Shown: piece by piece, positions 14,411 through 27,290 of the stretch
Layout of the letters: each line of letters starts with the position of its first letter
How positions within the stretch are numbered: position 1 is the first letter of the stretch
Assembly: GCF_009914755.1 (NCBI RefSeq)
Contig: NC_060929.1
Strand: one strand, 5' to 3'
DNA from: the human T2T-CHM13v2.0 reference genome, Homo sapiens
Length of the DNA stretch: 64,000 nt
Notes under the pieces: model-generated
Seen by the model: only the letters and a program-made list of their open reading frames with translations
What the model was told of the DNA's origin: nothing
The model's database searches: none
Translations under genes and position numbers: made by a program

Positions 14411-15788
14411 ATTTTTATTTGTTTATCTTAAGGCTATTGTGCAGACTATAAATGTATTAAGTGCCCAGCACAGGGCTCAACTCAGCAGTGTGGTAGCTGG
14501 TAGTAGTATTTTTTTTCTAATGGCATAGGTTAATAAGAGCAAGCGTTACCAATTATTAGTGCCTTTGTAAACAGTAAACAAATAAGCCTCCATTTCATTA
14601 TCAAACAAATGTCTATTAAAACACATTTTTTGTTTCTTAAAAAAAACCCAGTGCCAGTAAGAGTGTAATGAAACTATAAACCGACAATATTACTAAGAAT
14701 TATACCATGTTAATAGTTTGATCCCATAATCCTAATACTGCACCCTAGAGATATACTAAAATATAAGAAAAGCTTTAAGCCAAAAAAATTGTTTAAGTTA
14801 TTTATGTGTCACTTATGAAAAACTGAAAACAATATAGGTGTCTAACAATAAGGAACAGTAGGTCAGTATTTGAAAATAGGAGGTTTGGGATATGCCTCAT
14901 ATAACTAGATTTCTCCATCTTGGTCTGTCAGTGGTTATTAATATATCAAAGATACTGAGAGGCTGAGACTTAACGCCATTTTTTAATCTGCATTTCCCAG
15001 ACACACTGGGTAACGGAAACTTTGGGGGAAGGTGGTTTCCCATTGAACTAAAGTGCCCAGGAACAGGATGGCTAATCTCGATGATAATATATGCAGCCCT
15101 TGACAAGGATAGTTTTCAGTATCATTCAGCCTGCTTCCAGAAGTATGAGAAGAATACTCATTATATCAATGTTAAGAGAAAAAAAAAGGCTAGACTCAGT
15201 CAATTAATAGCTAAGCATATGAGAAAAGCTCAAATCCCAAAATGATTTGTAGAATTATGTGTAAATGTTATTTTAATGTGAAGCTACTTCTATAGTGAAA
15301 ACAAGTTCATAATCGTGACATTATAAAACCAATGTGATTTAGTGATAGCAAGTCTTCTGTCTTCCTGATTTGGAAGTACAGTTTGTTTATCTGGTTACTT
15401 TAATAAGGCCTGAGGGGCGAATCCTTACTGAAAGTGACCAGTAACAAGAACACAGAAAACAAACAGAGAGATCATTCAGCTTCACCAGAGGAATACATGG
15501 AGGCAGCCAGCCCTGTCAATTTGGAAGAGGCTAATGAAACATTATCTGCAGGTGAGCGGACTGTCTTGCAGTATTACAGCTCTAAGCTACAAATGCTTTC
15601 CTAACCACAGAGGTAACCGCTATACAGATACTTTGAAAGACAAATGAGAATGCTGCCACATGCAAGGTCAATCACAAACAACCTGGGTGTCTCTCCTTCC
15701 CCAGGAGACCAGGACCTAGGGAGCCAGTGGGTATACCCAAGCAGGCCACACCAGGTCACTTCTCTTACATTTCTGAGTTTCAATTTTA

Positions 15789-16232
<444 letters not shown>

Positions 16233-17028
16233 TCACACACATTCTGGAAACTGCTTTTCCTTGTGTCGGAGAAAATGAGTAATCATCAATTTCCAGTGCT
16301 TATAATTTTCTGATTAAGGTTACTATGGTTTCAGGAAATCACTGTATGCACAAGAGCATGGTAGGCTGTGGACTACCTACAGGGGAGAAAAATAAAATCC
16401 TAGTAAATAATAGACAGTTCACTTTTGTCTAGGAAGTTTATTAATACATCAACTCCCAAGGTATTCTGGGATGATGATTTTATTTGATGCAATACATTCT
16501 ATTTAAGGATTTTCTTTTTATGACCTAATGATGCATTTAATTTTTAATTAAATTTCATTTTAAAGTATAAATATGTATAAAAGCCAAAGCAAGTGTACAG
16601 CATCTGTTCATTGCATCTGCACTCACTACCACAAAAATTAGCCTTAATCTAAAGAGGCACAAATGGGTTTTTATACCAACAGGAGGCCCAAGTATTTAAA
16701 AATCAATGACTGTCCACCCAGACAAAGAACAGCTGTTTCCTATATTCCAGCTCCATATCAAGCCCATGCTCAACCCAATGGCTAGCCTAAAACTGCCCAT
16801 ACTCTCGTTTTCCCCAGTCAAAACTGTCAAAAAAGGGCAGTATCTAAAAGCCATGAGCTGGATTAAGTGGAGACAAGGCAGAGAAGGCCTGGCCCAAACA
16901 GATGGCATTTTAAGAGACACCCTCTATCACCATCATTCAATGACTTAGTAAAATCATAATCAATCTTATTTCCTGTGTTCCCAAATCTACTTAATGAGAC
17001 ATTTCACTTTTGTTTAAAAGGCCAAGGA

Positions 17029-17327
17029 GGGGACTGTAGGGATTGGAGAGATTTTGGTCAAAGGACACAAACTTTCCCTTAGACAGAAGGAATAAGTTCA
17101 AGAGATCTATTGTGCATTATAGTGGCTATAGTTAATAATATATTGTATACTTCAAAATTGCTGAGAGCAGATTTCAAGGGTTCTCACCACAAAAAATAAG
17201 TATGTGAAGTAATGCATGTTAAATAGCTTGATTTAGCCATTCCATGATGTATACACATATATCAAAATATCATTTTGTAGACCATAGATATATACAATTT
17301 TTGTCAACTAAAAAAAAAAAAAAAAAA
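17029..17327 (+). mobile_element. 5'-truncated L1MA 3' end
   Basis: L1MA 3' UTR, poly-A, TSD GCCAAGGA (17021-17028 / 17328-17335) next to a TTT|AAAA endonuclease site. Confidence 0.88.
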
Positions 17328-18716
17328 GCCAAGGAATGTCAAGAGTGAATCGATCGATTCTCAACCCTCCAAAACAAGACTTCTTTCCCTGGAACGCAAG
17401 TGAGTTCTAAAATATTTCATAGACTGGAGAATATCACCACTTAATCACCACTTAATTGGGCAGTTATAGCATTCTCTAAAATATGTGTGTTTTTACTTTC
17501 CTGAAGGACATGAAACCAAGATGGTAGAAGATGGTATGAGGAGAGAAGAAAAAGTAAAATGTTCGCAAAATGGAGAGAAAGAAAGAATACGGGGAGTGGT
17601 CATGGTTTTTAAAGGAAGCTCCTTGGCACTAGGATTTTCTATTAAGTCTTTTAGGGATCACTTTAAACAGAGTTCCATGGTGGAGAGTAGGAAGAAGAAA
17701 AATCTTAGAAATTATAGATGAGAAGACAGATTTGTGTTTTGTGTGTCATCTAAAATGTCATTTTGTCCATTTCCTCACCTGAAAAAAAAAAAAAAACTAA
17801 TCTAGACGATCTTGAAGGCCCCATGTGGTACCATGTTTATATACTTTTCCTGATTGAGTCTCAGAACTAAATTTTAAAAGGCATATATTGAGACAAATCA
17901 GTAGGTAATATAAGAAAACTATTAGGAGGGCCTCAAAAAACAACAGGAGGCAACAGCACATTTCTCTTCTAACACGGATGCCCCTGCACCGGCTGACTTA
18001 GTCCTTTAAATAACTCCTAAGTAGATCTAACAAATGAAATCAGAATCTTGCCATGCTAGTGCCCCCATTGTGCAGGGGTGGGGGTCCCATCATAGGGGTT
18101 CTGATAAGCACTGGACTGTATGGACTTTAGTGGTAGCAATTCTGGCTGGTCATAGATTCAAATCCAACCATTTACAGGAGGATTTGTGGGTTGTGAGTCA
18201 AGTGGGTTGAGAAATCATAGGAAGCACCCTCTATTGACTGCACAGAAACCCATCCCTCTATTGATTGCTTCCTGATCATTCAGGCCCGTGGACACCCTGC
18301 TTCAGTGATCTGCCATCTGCAGCACATCCTGGGGTGCTCTCCAGACACAACCATCTGGGCCCCCAAAAGGGTCCCATGGTCCCAGCCTGAAAGGTGATTG
18401 TCTCCAGAAGCACCTTCACTGTGTTTCAAGCATCAGGGCTTATTAAAACCCCGAAGGGAAGTAATCCCTGAATGCCACTAAAAGATCTCCAGCTGGTACC
18501 ATTTATGAAGTAAGCTTGACGAGAGGGGGAGTGAATGGGGGAGTGGGGACAGGAAGGACCAGAAGAGAGAAGAATTTAGACAAGGGCAAGTTATCCAAAG
18601 AGAGCCCCCATCAAAAAAGAGTCATGTTTTATCAGCTTAAGCTTTCCTGCCTTCTTTCCCAAAGGTATTTCCCCCCTCAACTCTCATTAATTCTTCTTTA
18701 TAGCTGTCTATTTTCT

Positions 18717-18717
<1 letters not shown>

Positions 18718-18747
<30 letters not shown>
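18718..18747. repeat. (TAA)n microsatellite
   Basis: Direct reading. Confidence 0.95.
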
Positions 18748-18748
<1 letters not shown>

Positions 18749-19537
18749 GGCAGCACATGGCTAGAGAAAGTCTGTGTGTGAAAATTAGAAAGACTTTTCG
18801 GATGAATTACCTGGAAACAACTGAACATGTCTTCCCTAGAAAATCAGGGAGGAAAATGTTTTTTTCATGGAAAAGAATTAGAGTAGCTCCCAGTATCTGT
18901 CTCTCCCTTCTCCATTCTTTGGGAAAAGTCTTTTCATCTCATTAAGTTAAGCTGATTAATAAAAATTCAGCAGTTTGCCCATGGATCCTTTAGAAGTGGC
19001 GATACAAGCTGAAAGATGCAGGCGGAAGGTTTTTGTGCTGGAGACAATACAGGGGATGACTTCTTAAATCCGTCGTCGTCATCCTCCATTAGTGATAAAT
19101 AGTCACCTTGGCTCAGATTCGTCAGACAAATACTATATTGCTACTTGTTATCTTCTAGTAACCTTCAGAAAAACTTTAGTGTTTACTTAAAAAATGAGGA
19201 AAAAAAAGAATCATTATGTAGAAAAAAATGAGAACATTTTGCTTCGTTTCAAAAATTATTTATTCAAATTAGTGAACAAAACATGGTCTATCGGAATAGG
19301 CTCATTAAACAGAAAAAATACTTGCATCCAAAGAAATCTCATATGTAAATAGAAACTTGTATATTTTTTGCTGTAACAAGCAGACAAATCCAGTTATTTT
19401 TTCATGAATAACTGTTTATTTTGTCATCAAAAAATCTTTGTTAATTACCTAGTTGGTAACTGACACATAATAGATGCTCAATCAAGAGTTTAAGAAGTGA
19501 ATTTCCTCAACAAATTTTAAGTGACTACTGTCTACTT

Positions 19538-19846
19538 TTTTCTGTTTTGTTTTTTGTTTGTTTTTTTGAGACAGTCTTGCCCTGCCACCCAGTTTGGAGT
19601 GCAATGGTGCGATCTCGGCTCACTGCAACCTCCGTCTCCTGGGTTCAAGCAATTCTGCTGCCTCAGCCTCCTGAGTAGCTGGGATTACAGGCATGTGCCA
19701 CAATACCTGGCTAATTTTGTATTTTTAGTAGAGATGGGGTTTCTCCAGGTTGGTCAGGCCGGTCTCGAACTCCCAACCTCAAGTGATCTGCCCACCTCAG
19801 CCTCTCAAAGTGCTGGGATTACAGGCGTGAGCCACCACGCCTGGCC
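19538..19846 (-). mobile_element. AluS
   Basis: Reverse-complement dimer with T-rich tail. Confidence 0.95.
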
Positions 19847-19847
19847 T

Positions 19848-19985
19848 GTTCTGTTTTTCAAATTTTAAGTTCTGGGATACATGTGTAGGATGTGCAGGGT
19901 TTTTAGGTAAACATGTGCCATGGTGGTTTGCTGCACCTATCAATCCATCACCTAGGTATTAAGCCCCACATGCATTAGTTATTTA
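19848..19985 (-). mobile_element. L1PA 3' end fragment
   Basis: ttttaagttctgggatacatgtg...ccatggtggtttgctgcacc...ggtattaagccccacatgcattag. Confidence 0.85.
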
Positions 19986-21014
19986 GAGTCAATTATATAA
20001 TGCCATGACTTACAAATGTCTTCAGCTATCCAGACATGGGTTAAATACATCCAGAAAATATATATCTATTATGTGAAAAGCTTCAAACAAGGGGACATAA
20101 AGATCAGTAAATCTGCCTTGTAGAAGTTGAAGTAATTTCCGGGCTACCTTTAAACTTGTGTAGCACTAAACTGTTCACCTGTATTTTATCCAAAGTATTT
20201 TTCCCAACTGACCGAATTAAATTTGTACTACCCTTCATAATTTGTTTAAAAGTCCTTGTAAGTGGCATTCACTATTCACATGTTAATAACTCTGCCAAAT
20301 TTATATCTAGCAAATCTTGGTATGTATAAGAGTGTTTTTAGTGCCATTTAAACCAATTTATTCACACTATACTGAATCAAGTTTTATAGTCAATCTAGTC
20401 ATTAAATTTACCCTAAAACACCAGAACAAATAAATATTTTTGTCTGATTCTCACTTCAGAAAGATTGGGCAGGGGTAGTTCTTTTCATTCACATCTTATG
20501 GATATTACATATACTTAAAGTCATGAATTCTTTACAGAACAGCCCCCAAATGTTTAAAAGTGTTAGGCATGTTTAAAGATGCAACTCTTGATTTGGAGAT
20601 TGCTAAAACAACAATAAAAGACTTATTCTAAACCTTGATCAAATTAGCTACTTAGCTATTATTGTTTTCTCCAGATAAATATGGATTCAGTACCAGTAAT
20701 AGAGCCAAACTCATTTGACCACATATTCCCTGTGGCCTGAAGCCGTCACCTGTTTTGCCATCGTCAATCTATCTTTTCAAATACCTAAGAGGCTGAGACC
20801 AATGCAGCTGAGAGAAACAATGGATAAGGATCTATTTACACTTCTGCTGTGAAGAATAATCATAGGTTAGCTCTGGCTTCCAATTAACAAATAAAAAATT
20901 GGTTAACTAAAGCACAGCTCTTTTTCTGTGAAATGATAGGTGAGCAGAATCTAACAGACACTATATGCTTAGTAATTAGTATCTAAGGTATAGGAAAAGA
21001 GTACGCAGTTGCAG

Positions 21015-21200
21015 TCTAGAGATGGAATGTACAGCATGATGACTATAGTTAGTAATATTGTGTTGTATACTGAAAGTATGCTAAAAGGGATAGATTGGAT
21101 AAACTGACTTCCTTGACTATGGTAATTATTTCACTCTGTATATCAAAACATGATATACATATATCATGGTGTACATGTCGTACATCTTATATACAAAATA
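21015..21200 (+). mobile_element. L1MA/L1MB 3' fragment
   Basis: ctagagat...atgtacagcatgatgactatagttagtaatattgtgttgtatact. Confidence 0.7.
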
Positions 21201-23869
21201 TTTTTGAAAAATTTAAAGATACTATATGCTTAAAGGCATTATCATTCTCATATTTTAAAAATTCTACAACATGCCTACTGTGTGCCAAGCACTATGTTGA
21301 CTACTGTAAACAAAAAGAAACCAAGTAGATTATAAGTATCTGGTATTAATGTCCAGTGAGGTGAGATAAATATTACTGAGGGATAGTAAAGGGTAATACT
21401 GATTAAACATGTTGGTACTAGTTCTTCCTTTTACAAATCTACTTGAGTTCCTGGATCTCCCTGTAAACACTGAGACAGAAAGGGTCACACATATTGACTC
21501 ATTTTGTGCATATCTTATTGAAATGGGAAGCTGTTGAGAAAACATTCAACTGCTTCTGAAAAAAATATTTACATGGTGAGGGGGATACTTCTACTTACTA
21601 TCAGTGGGTACTATCACTGAAAGTGGTTCTTAATATAGAATGTCCTTGACCACAAATAAATTTTTTTAAAGCTTATTTAAAAAGCTTCATTGTATGGGAT
21701 TTTCTTGTATGAGAAAAGTACAGACATTTGGGTCAGTTCTCTAAGTTTCTCCAGAAATAGTATTTTATTATATATATTCCACTGAAATTGAGACTTTTGA
21801 ATATGACTGTCAGTACATTGTAGGCAACTATTAAGCATATTTTAAATAACATATCAAAGACAATTATGAAATGCATAAAGCCCCTATAATGCAAAATTTT
21901 TTCAAAAATAGCATCTCTGTGATGTTATCACCCTGACAATATAAAACACAAGAAAATGAAATATAGTTGATAAGATTATGTAAAATGCAGTATATGTATG
22001 TATTTAAGTAAAATGATTTATTTTGCATCTTAACAAAATATCAACCTATTTCTATCATATTCAATTCTGGAAATTTAAGAGCCAGACAAGCAAACTTCTT
22101 GGTGTAAATATGTAGCTACTATATACACTTTCTTCAGCATCTCACAATGCATCGTGGGTATAACTGTCTACAATAAATTAACAGTAACTCAATATTTATA
22201 AAAGAGAAACATAGTTCAAAATCATAGCCCCATAACTGGCATTGCAATTATAATGAGCTCTTATTTTATGAATATCTTTCAATGAAAATAGCTATATTGG
22301 TAACTGGAAATAATTATTAGTAAAACAGACCTACTTTAATGCTCATTCTGATAATCAAAAAATTTAAGATTACAGAATTATAAAATAATGGAGAGGAATA
22401 AAATAGATTCCACAAAAGTTCAACTTGGATTAAGTTAAGTTGAACAGCTTTTATTAGATAACAAGGAAATGAAAAACATTCAGTTCATGTCCAACAAATT
22501 ACTAAATGCAGAAACACCAGCAAACACACATTTTACTGTCGGTAATGGCTGCTGCTCACAAATCAATCTACTTGGATGAGAACAAGCCTAACCTCTAAGA
22601 GGACACATCACTGTGCTCTGTGACTGTGATTAGTCCACCGAAAACTCACACTGTCACAGGAAATGGGGTGAATCCAGTCCAATTTACCCATGAAACTGAT
22701 TAGGAATAATTTGACTAGAAACTGCAGAGAAAACAGACCCTGAGTGGGCCAGGCAACTCCAATAAATGAGGTCTATAAGCAAAGCTGTCCAAAGCAAGAA
22801 GGGCATTAAACAGGTGGATTAGATAATATTTAGGCATTTCTGTTTATATATCTATTTCTATACTTACCATCATCTTGATGCAAACGCATTTAGTAACTTA
22901 CTTAAAGTTTCACTGAAAAAAAGTTTAACTGATTTTTTGCCTAAATCATTCTTGCAAAGAGAACTGGCATCTTGGAACTTACTTTAAAGAACCAACATGT
23001 CTTATTCACTTAGGTTCTCACTGATTATTAAAGCAAGTTTTGAAAAGTTCATTTCATATTATAAAGTTTACTATGACATTATTTATATATTTTTAATAAT
23101 CACATGAAAGATATGTATAAAATTAGTTGAGCTTTGTCAAAACATGCAATAAAAGGGTGTGACAATGGAGTCATATTTATGTAACTAAAATACTTATATT
23201 GCATAATTGTTTGCTGAATTAAAATACTATATACAAGTACCCAATGTTTAAAAATTCTTATTCTACTTCTTACTTCCTTCCAAATGCAAAGGGAAAACAA
23301 ATGAAAACCAAATAGTTTCAACTTGTGGTACATTTTATAGCTGTGAATTGAAAACATTTTATTCTAGGCTCTTCTTTTTCTTCTTTTGAAGCACTTAGAT
23401 TTTTTAAAACCATTTTTAATTCTTAGAATTAGTCTAAATTAAGAGTTTACTCAGATACAGCACAGTTGCGATCTCCCTGCGTCAAACTTCAGGATTCAAC
23501 TCATCAACTCTGATAAGGGATGTTGGATGGTTTGGGTAGTTGAATATATGTCACACATTATTTTTATTACTGACTAATTGTAACTTCAGTGTGGTTTTCC
23601 AGATATAAATATTTAAAGCCATGTCTGAAAACAAAACAGAAAAAAAAATCCTTTTAATAAAATCTTTAGAGTCATGTTTGAAAGTAAAAAAGAAAACTTC
23701 TGTGTCCTCTTCAAAAGTTTACACAATGTAAATATGTATGTATTAGTTCCTCTTAACTGAAAAAACAAAGTTGGAGGGTTGGGGAGAAGTAAATTATAAG
23801 TTTTTAAAAAAGAAGTTTTAAAGGCTGATAGATTAATGAAGTTGAAAATGACCTCCCAGAAGACAACAA

Positions 23870-24110
23870 TCCCCTCATTTCACAGATGAGGAAACACGAC
23901 TTGACCAAGGTTAAGTGACTTGCCCAAGGTCAAACAGTTAAATAGTGTCAAGACCTTACCACATCTCGGATCTTCTAAGTGAGATGCTCTCGCCTAAGAG
24001 ATCGACTAATTCAATCACCTTGTAAAGATGAAAAACAGAGTCCCAGAGCAATCGATGACTTGATTAAGGTAAACATCTAGTTGGTAGAAAATAAAAAACC
24101 TGACTCCAGG
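23870..24110 (-). mobile_element. Two MIR core fragments
   Basis: catttcacagatgaggaaac...ggttaagtgacttgcccaaggtca, plus a second degenerate copy at ~24020-24100. Confidence 0.7.
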
Positions 24111-24589
24111 CCTTGGTATTTTTTTAAAAGATATTTTTTCATCTTCCAAACTGATAAAATCAAAAAGAATAATTTTCTCACAAATCAATACATGAATTTA
24201 GTTAGGCTGGCAAAACATCTGGCAACAGGTAGCCAATAAATTGAAATGAAGAGAGGCACACTATGGGCAGACAACTCATAGGCTAATCGTCAAATGACTA
24301 ATTCTCCATGTTAATGAATCAGAATAATAAAAATGAATAATATGTAGATTTCATGGATCCAAAATTATGCACCATGCATTTTACATGCGTTTACTTTCTC
24401 ACTGAATCAACACAATTTTGCAAATTATACATCCTATTTTACATAAGTGAAAATTGAGGGTTGGAGAAAAGAGGCAGCATTTGATCCCAGGTCACCTCAA
24501 CTCTAAAGTTAGACTATGCTCTCTCTTTGACATATCTCTGTATAATTATATGGTATTTTTATATAATAATACAGAAATACATTTGAAAG

Positions 24590-24810
24590 TATTAATAGCT
24601 AAAATTTATTGACCACATACTATGCGCCAGGCATTTTTCTATGCTTTATGTTTAATAATACATCATTTAATCATCACAGTAACTCTATCAGACAAATAGA
24701 TTAGTATTTCCATATATAAATGAGAAAGATGAAACAGGGAATGATTAAGTAACTTGTCTAGGACCACAGCAAGTAGTCAGTGGAGGAGCAGAGAAGTGTA
24801 CCCAGAACCA
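24590..24810 (-). mobile_element. MIR
   Basis: aatagctaaaatttattga...tactatgcgccaggca...ttaagtaacttgtctaggaccacagc. Confidence 0.8.
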
Positions 24811-25489
24811 ACCCACCTCAAGTTCTTAAGCATCATGGGCCAGCCCTTGAGTATGGTGTTTTTGCCATGACTCAATCTCTGACCTCAAGAATCTTAGAAT
24901 CTAGTAATGGGAACACATGCAAAAATGCAGATAACATATATAAACTATAGTATAACTCATATACTAATATTACCCATATAAACAACTAAATTAGAAGATG
25001 GGGTAACAACTTCCACTGCAGAGGTACAAACAGCTATGCTAAGGAATGAATTGCCTAATGTTTGCAGACACGCAATTCAACGAAAAGACTTGGGTTAGTC
25101 TGGCAAAGCAGAGAGGTACATAATGGATAAAGTGTCAAACCCTTTCTTCCCCTTACTTGTTGTCTCTCTGGAGATTAGGTGAGAACCTGATCCACTCACT
25201 GCCTATCAGGAGACTTCTGTCTTTGAAACTAATCAGGAAGAATTTACTGGCTGTTAAACTCTATGGCAAGAACTCTTGTGAAGGAATGAAACAAAAGGAA
25301 GGGAAACTAAGATGAAAGTGAGGGATTTGGGACACAAAATAACGCAGAGTCACTTCAAGCATCTATGTATTGTTCCCTATAGCTTAAAAATGATTATTTC
25401 TTGCTCAAAATGTGCTTATAATACAGAAAGCAAAATCTGCATTTAAAATTCTTAAGTAAAGGTATATTGTTATTATGTAAACCAAAACT

Positions 25490-25700
25490 GACTTTAAGTG
25501 AAATAATTTAGGTTGACTATAGAGGAAAATTTCCTGACTGTATGATTGCTAAATTCTAAAACTTTTATTCAGGGAATATCCAGAATTTCTTCTGAACGTC
25601 TTCAAAAATAGCTCTATACCTTTGCCAGCCTTCAGGAACCAAGCTTACCTGCATGCAGGCAAGAAGGGCCAGTGGTATGTGAATCCCTAGCAATTTGGTT
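25490..25700 (+). mobile_element. Possible L3/CR1 3' fragment
   Basis: aggaaaatttcctgactgt...gtcttcaaaaatagct resembles the CR1/L3 3' end; highly diverged. Confidence 0.45.
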
Positions 25701-26019
25701 GTATATACAGATTGTACATACACATGGCCTCACAATTAGCTCCAAAGAACCAGTCCACGAAACATTTAACCTCCGGTTATACTAGTTATTTGTAGTGGAT
25801 GCCAAATTATGGCTTGCTACCTCAGTCCATTAAATGCTCAACAAAGAGGAATAAAAATGTGCATTTTTAATGCTCTTTTCATATTAGCATATAGTCCCTA
25901 CCATTCTCCTCCACTACACCTCCTCGGAAATTCTGCCCCAAGGTCACCCTTCAACATTTCATCAAGTTCTGTTAGACAAACTGTATCACTCCACATAGCC
26001 CAGCTGAGTGGTAAGGGCC

Positions 26020-26200
26020 ATTTACTGGCCAAGGGACCTTTGGCTAGTATAAAGTATGTAAAAATCAGTTTTCTCAGCAGCAAAACAAGAATTATAATAC
26101 TTCCCTCACAAGAGCTTTTGTCAGGATTTTTAAAAATGATGATTTAGTCTATAAAGGACTGTGCTCAGACACAGTAAGTGCTCAATAAATGGGAGCTATT
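26020..26200 (+). mobile_element. MIR
   Basis: tcagttttctcagc...cacagtaagtgctcaataaatgggagctatt. Confidence 0.7.
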
Positions 26201-26847
26201 CAAGTCAATTCCTAGAGGGGCACATAAGTACTTCTGTGGCCTATAAAGCAAAAATGAATCTCTTCCACAGCATTGTTTCTATTCGCCCCTAAGTAAATGC
26301 CAAAGCCTGTACTCTAACTAGGAAGGTTTTGAAAACATGATTCAAAGAGCCATAGGGGGTCCTCGCAGGCCTCTCAAGAAGCCTGGGAACAGAGCACAGC
26401 CGACCGCCCAATCTCTCCAACTACAACTTGATGTTTGCTTGGTGGTTTGGCATTTGTTTTTCCGTTTTACACATTAGACTTTCGCTAATGATTTTTGTGA
26501 ACAATGGTTTTTTGGCAAAAAAAAAAAAAAAGCTTTGAAAACAATTGCTTAATCCACATGTCAGGGAAACAATTCAGATATAATAGAGCACCCTAAGTTT
26601 CATCTGGAAATATTAAAATTACTCTGATTTTTATCATCTCACCACTTAACCACTTACAAATGAAGCCTAATTTGAAGATCTTCAACATTTACCAGTATTC
26701 TGTTATATTTACAAAGCAATTAAACAGTGGCTAAGATATACAACAGTGCAGAACAATTCTAATACATATTAAGACCCTGTTAATCCATCTGTTACAAAGA
26801 ACAATGCAATATAATGGTCCTCCTTCCCCTACTAAAAATGCAGCCTC

Positions 26848-26950
26848 GTGTATGTGTGGGAGTAGGAAGTATATGAGATATCTCTGTACCATCCTCTCAA
26901 TATTGCTGTGAACCTAAAGCTGCTCTAAATAAATAAAGTCTTTAAAAAGT
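26848..26950 (+). mobile_element. L1MC/MD 3' tip
   Basis: atctctgtaccatcctctcaatattgctgtgaacctaaagctgctctaa. Confidence 0.75.
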
Positions 26951-26964
26951 CAAAAACAAAAATC

Positions 26965-27290
26965 ACAACCTTAAATTCACACTCCACAACTTGACCAACC
27001 TACCTCTTCAGCCCATGCTGCAGGTACTTTCACTAGATCCCCTCCACCCTGAATAAACTACTTTCTGTTTATTCCCCAAATCCATATACAAGGTTACAGC
27101 CAGTAGGCCTTTGCTCCTGTTCCTAAGGATCCCTGGAATATTCTTCAGCTACTTGCCCCATCTCTTTTAAAATCATATCCATTGTTCAAGGTCTAGACTA
27201 AATTATTCCTCTCCAGAAAGTAGTTTCTGATACCCCTGAACAGATGTGCTTTCTCTCTCTCTGTCCATAGCATTTCATGCTTTATTGTGA
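26965..27290 (+). mobile_element. L2 fragment
   Basis: ggcctttgctcctgttcc...ccctggaat...ccattgttcaagg; typical L2 body, diverged. Confidence 0.55.

Noticed and set aside
18050-18480. GC-raised block possibly an LTR or ancient repeat fragment
   Set aside because: I could not match it to any family or find termini; a Dfam search would be needed.
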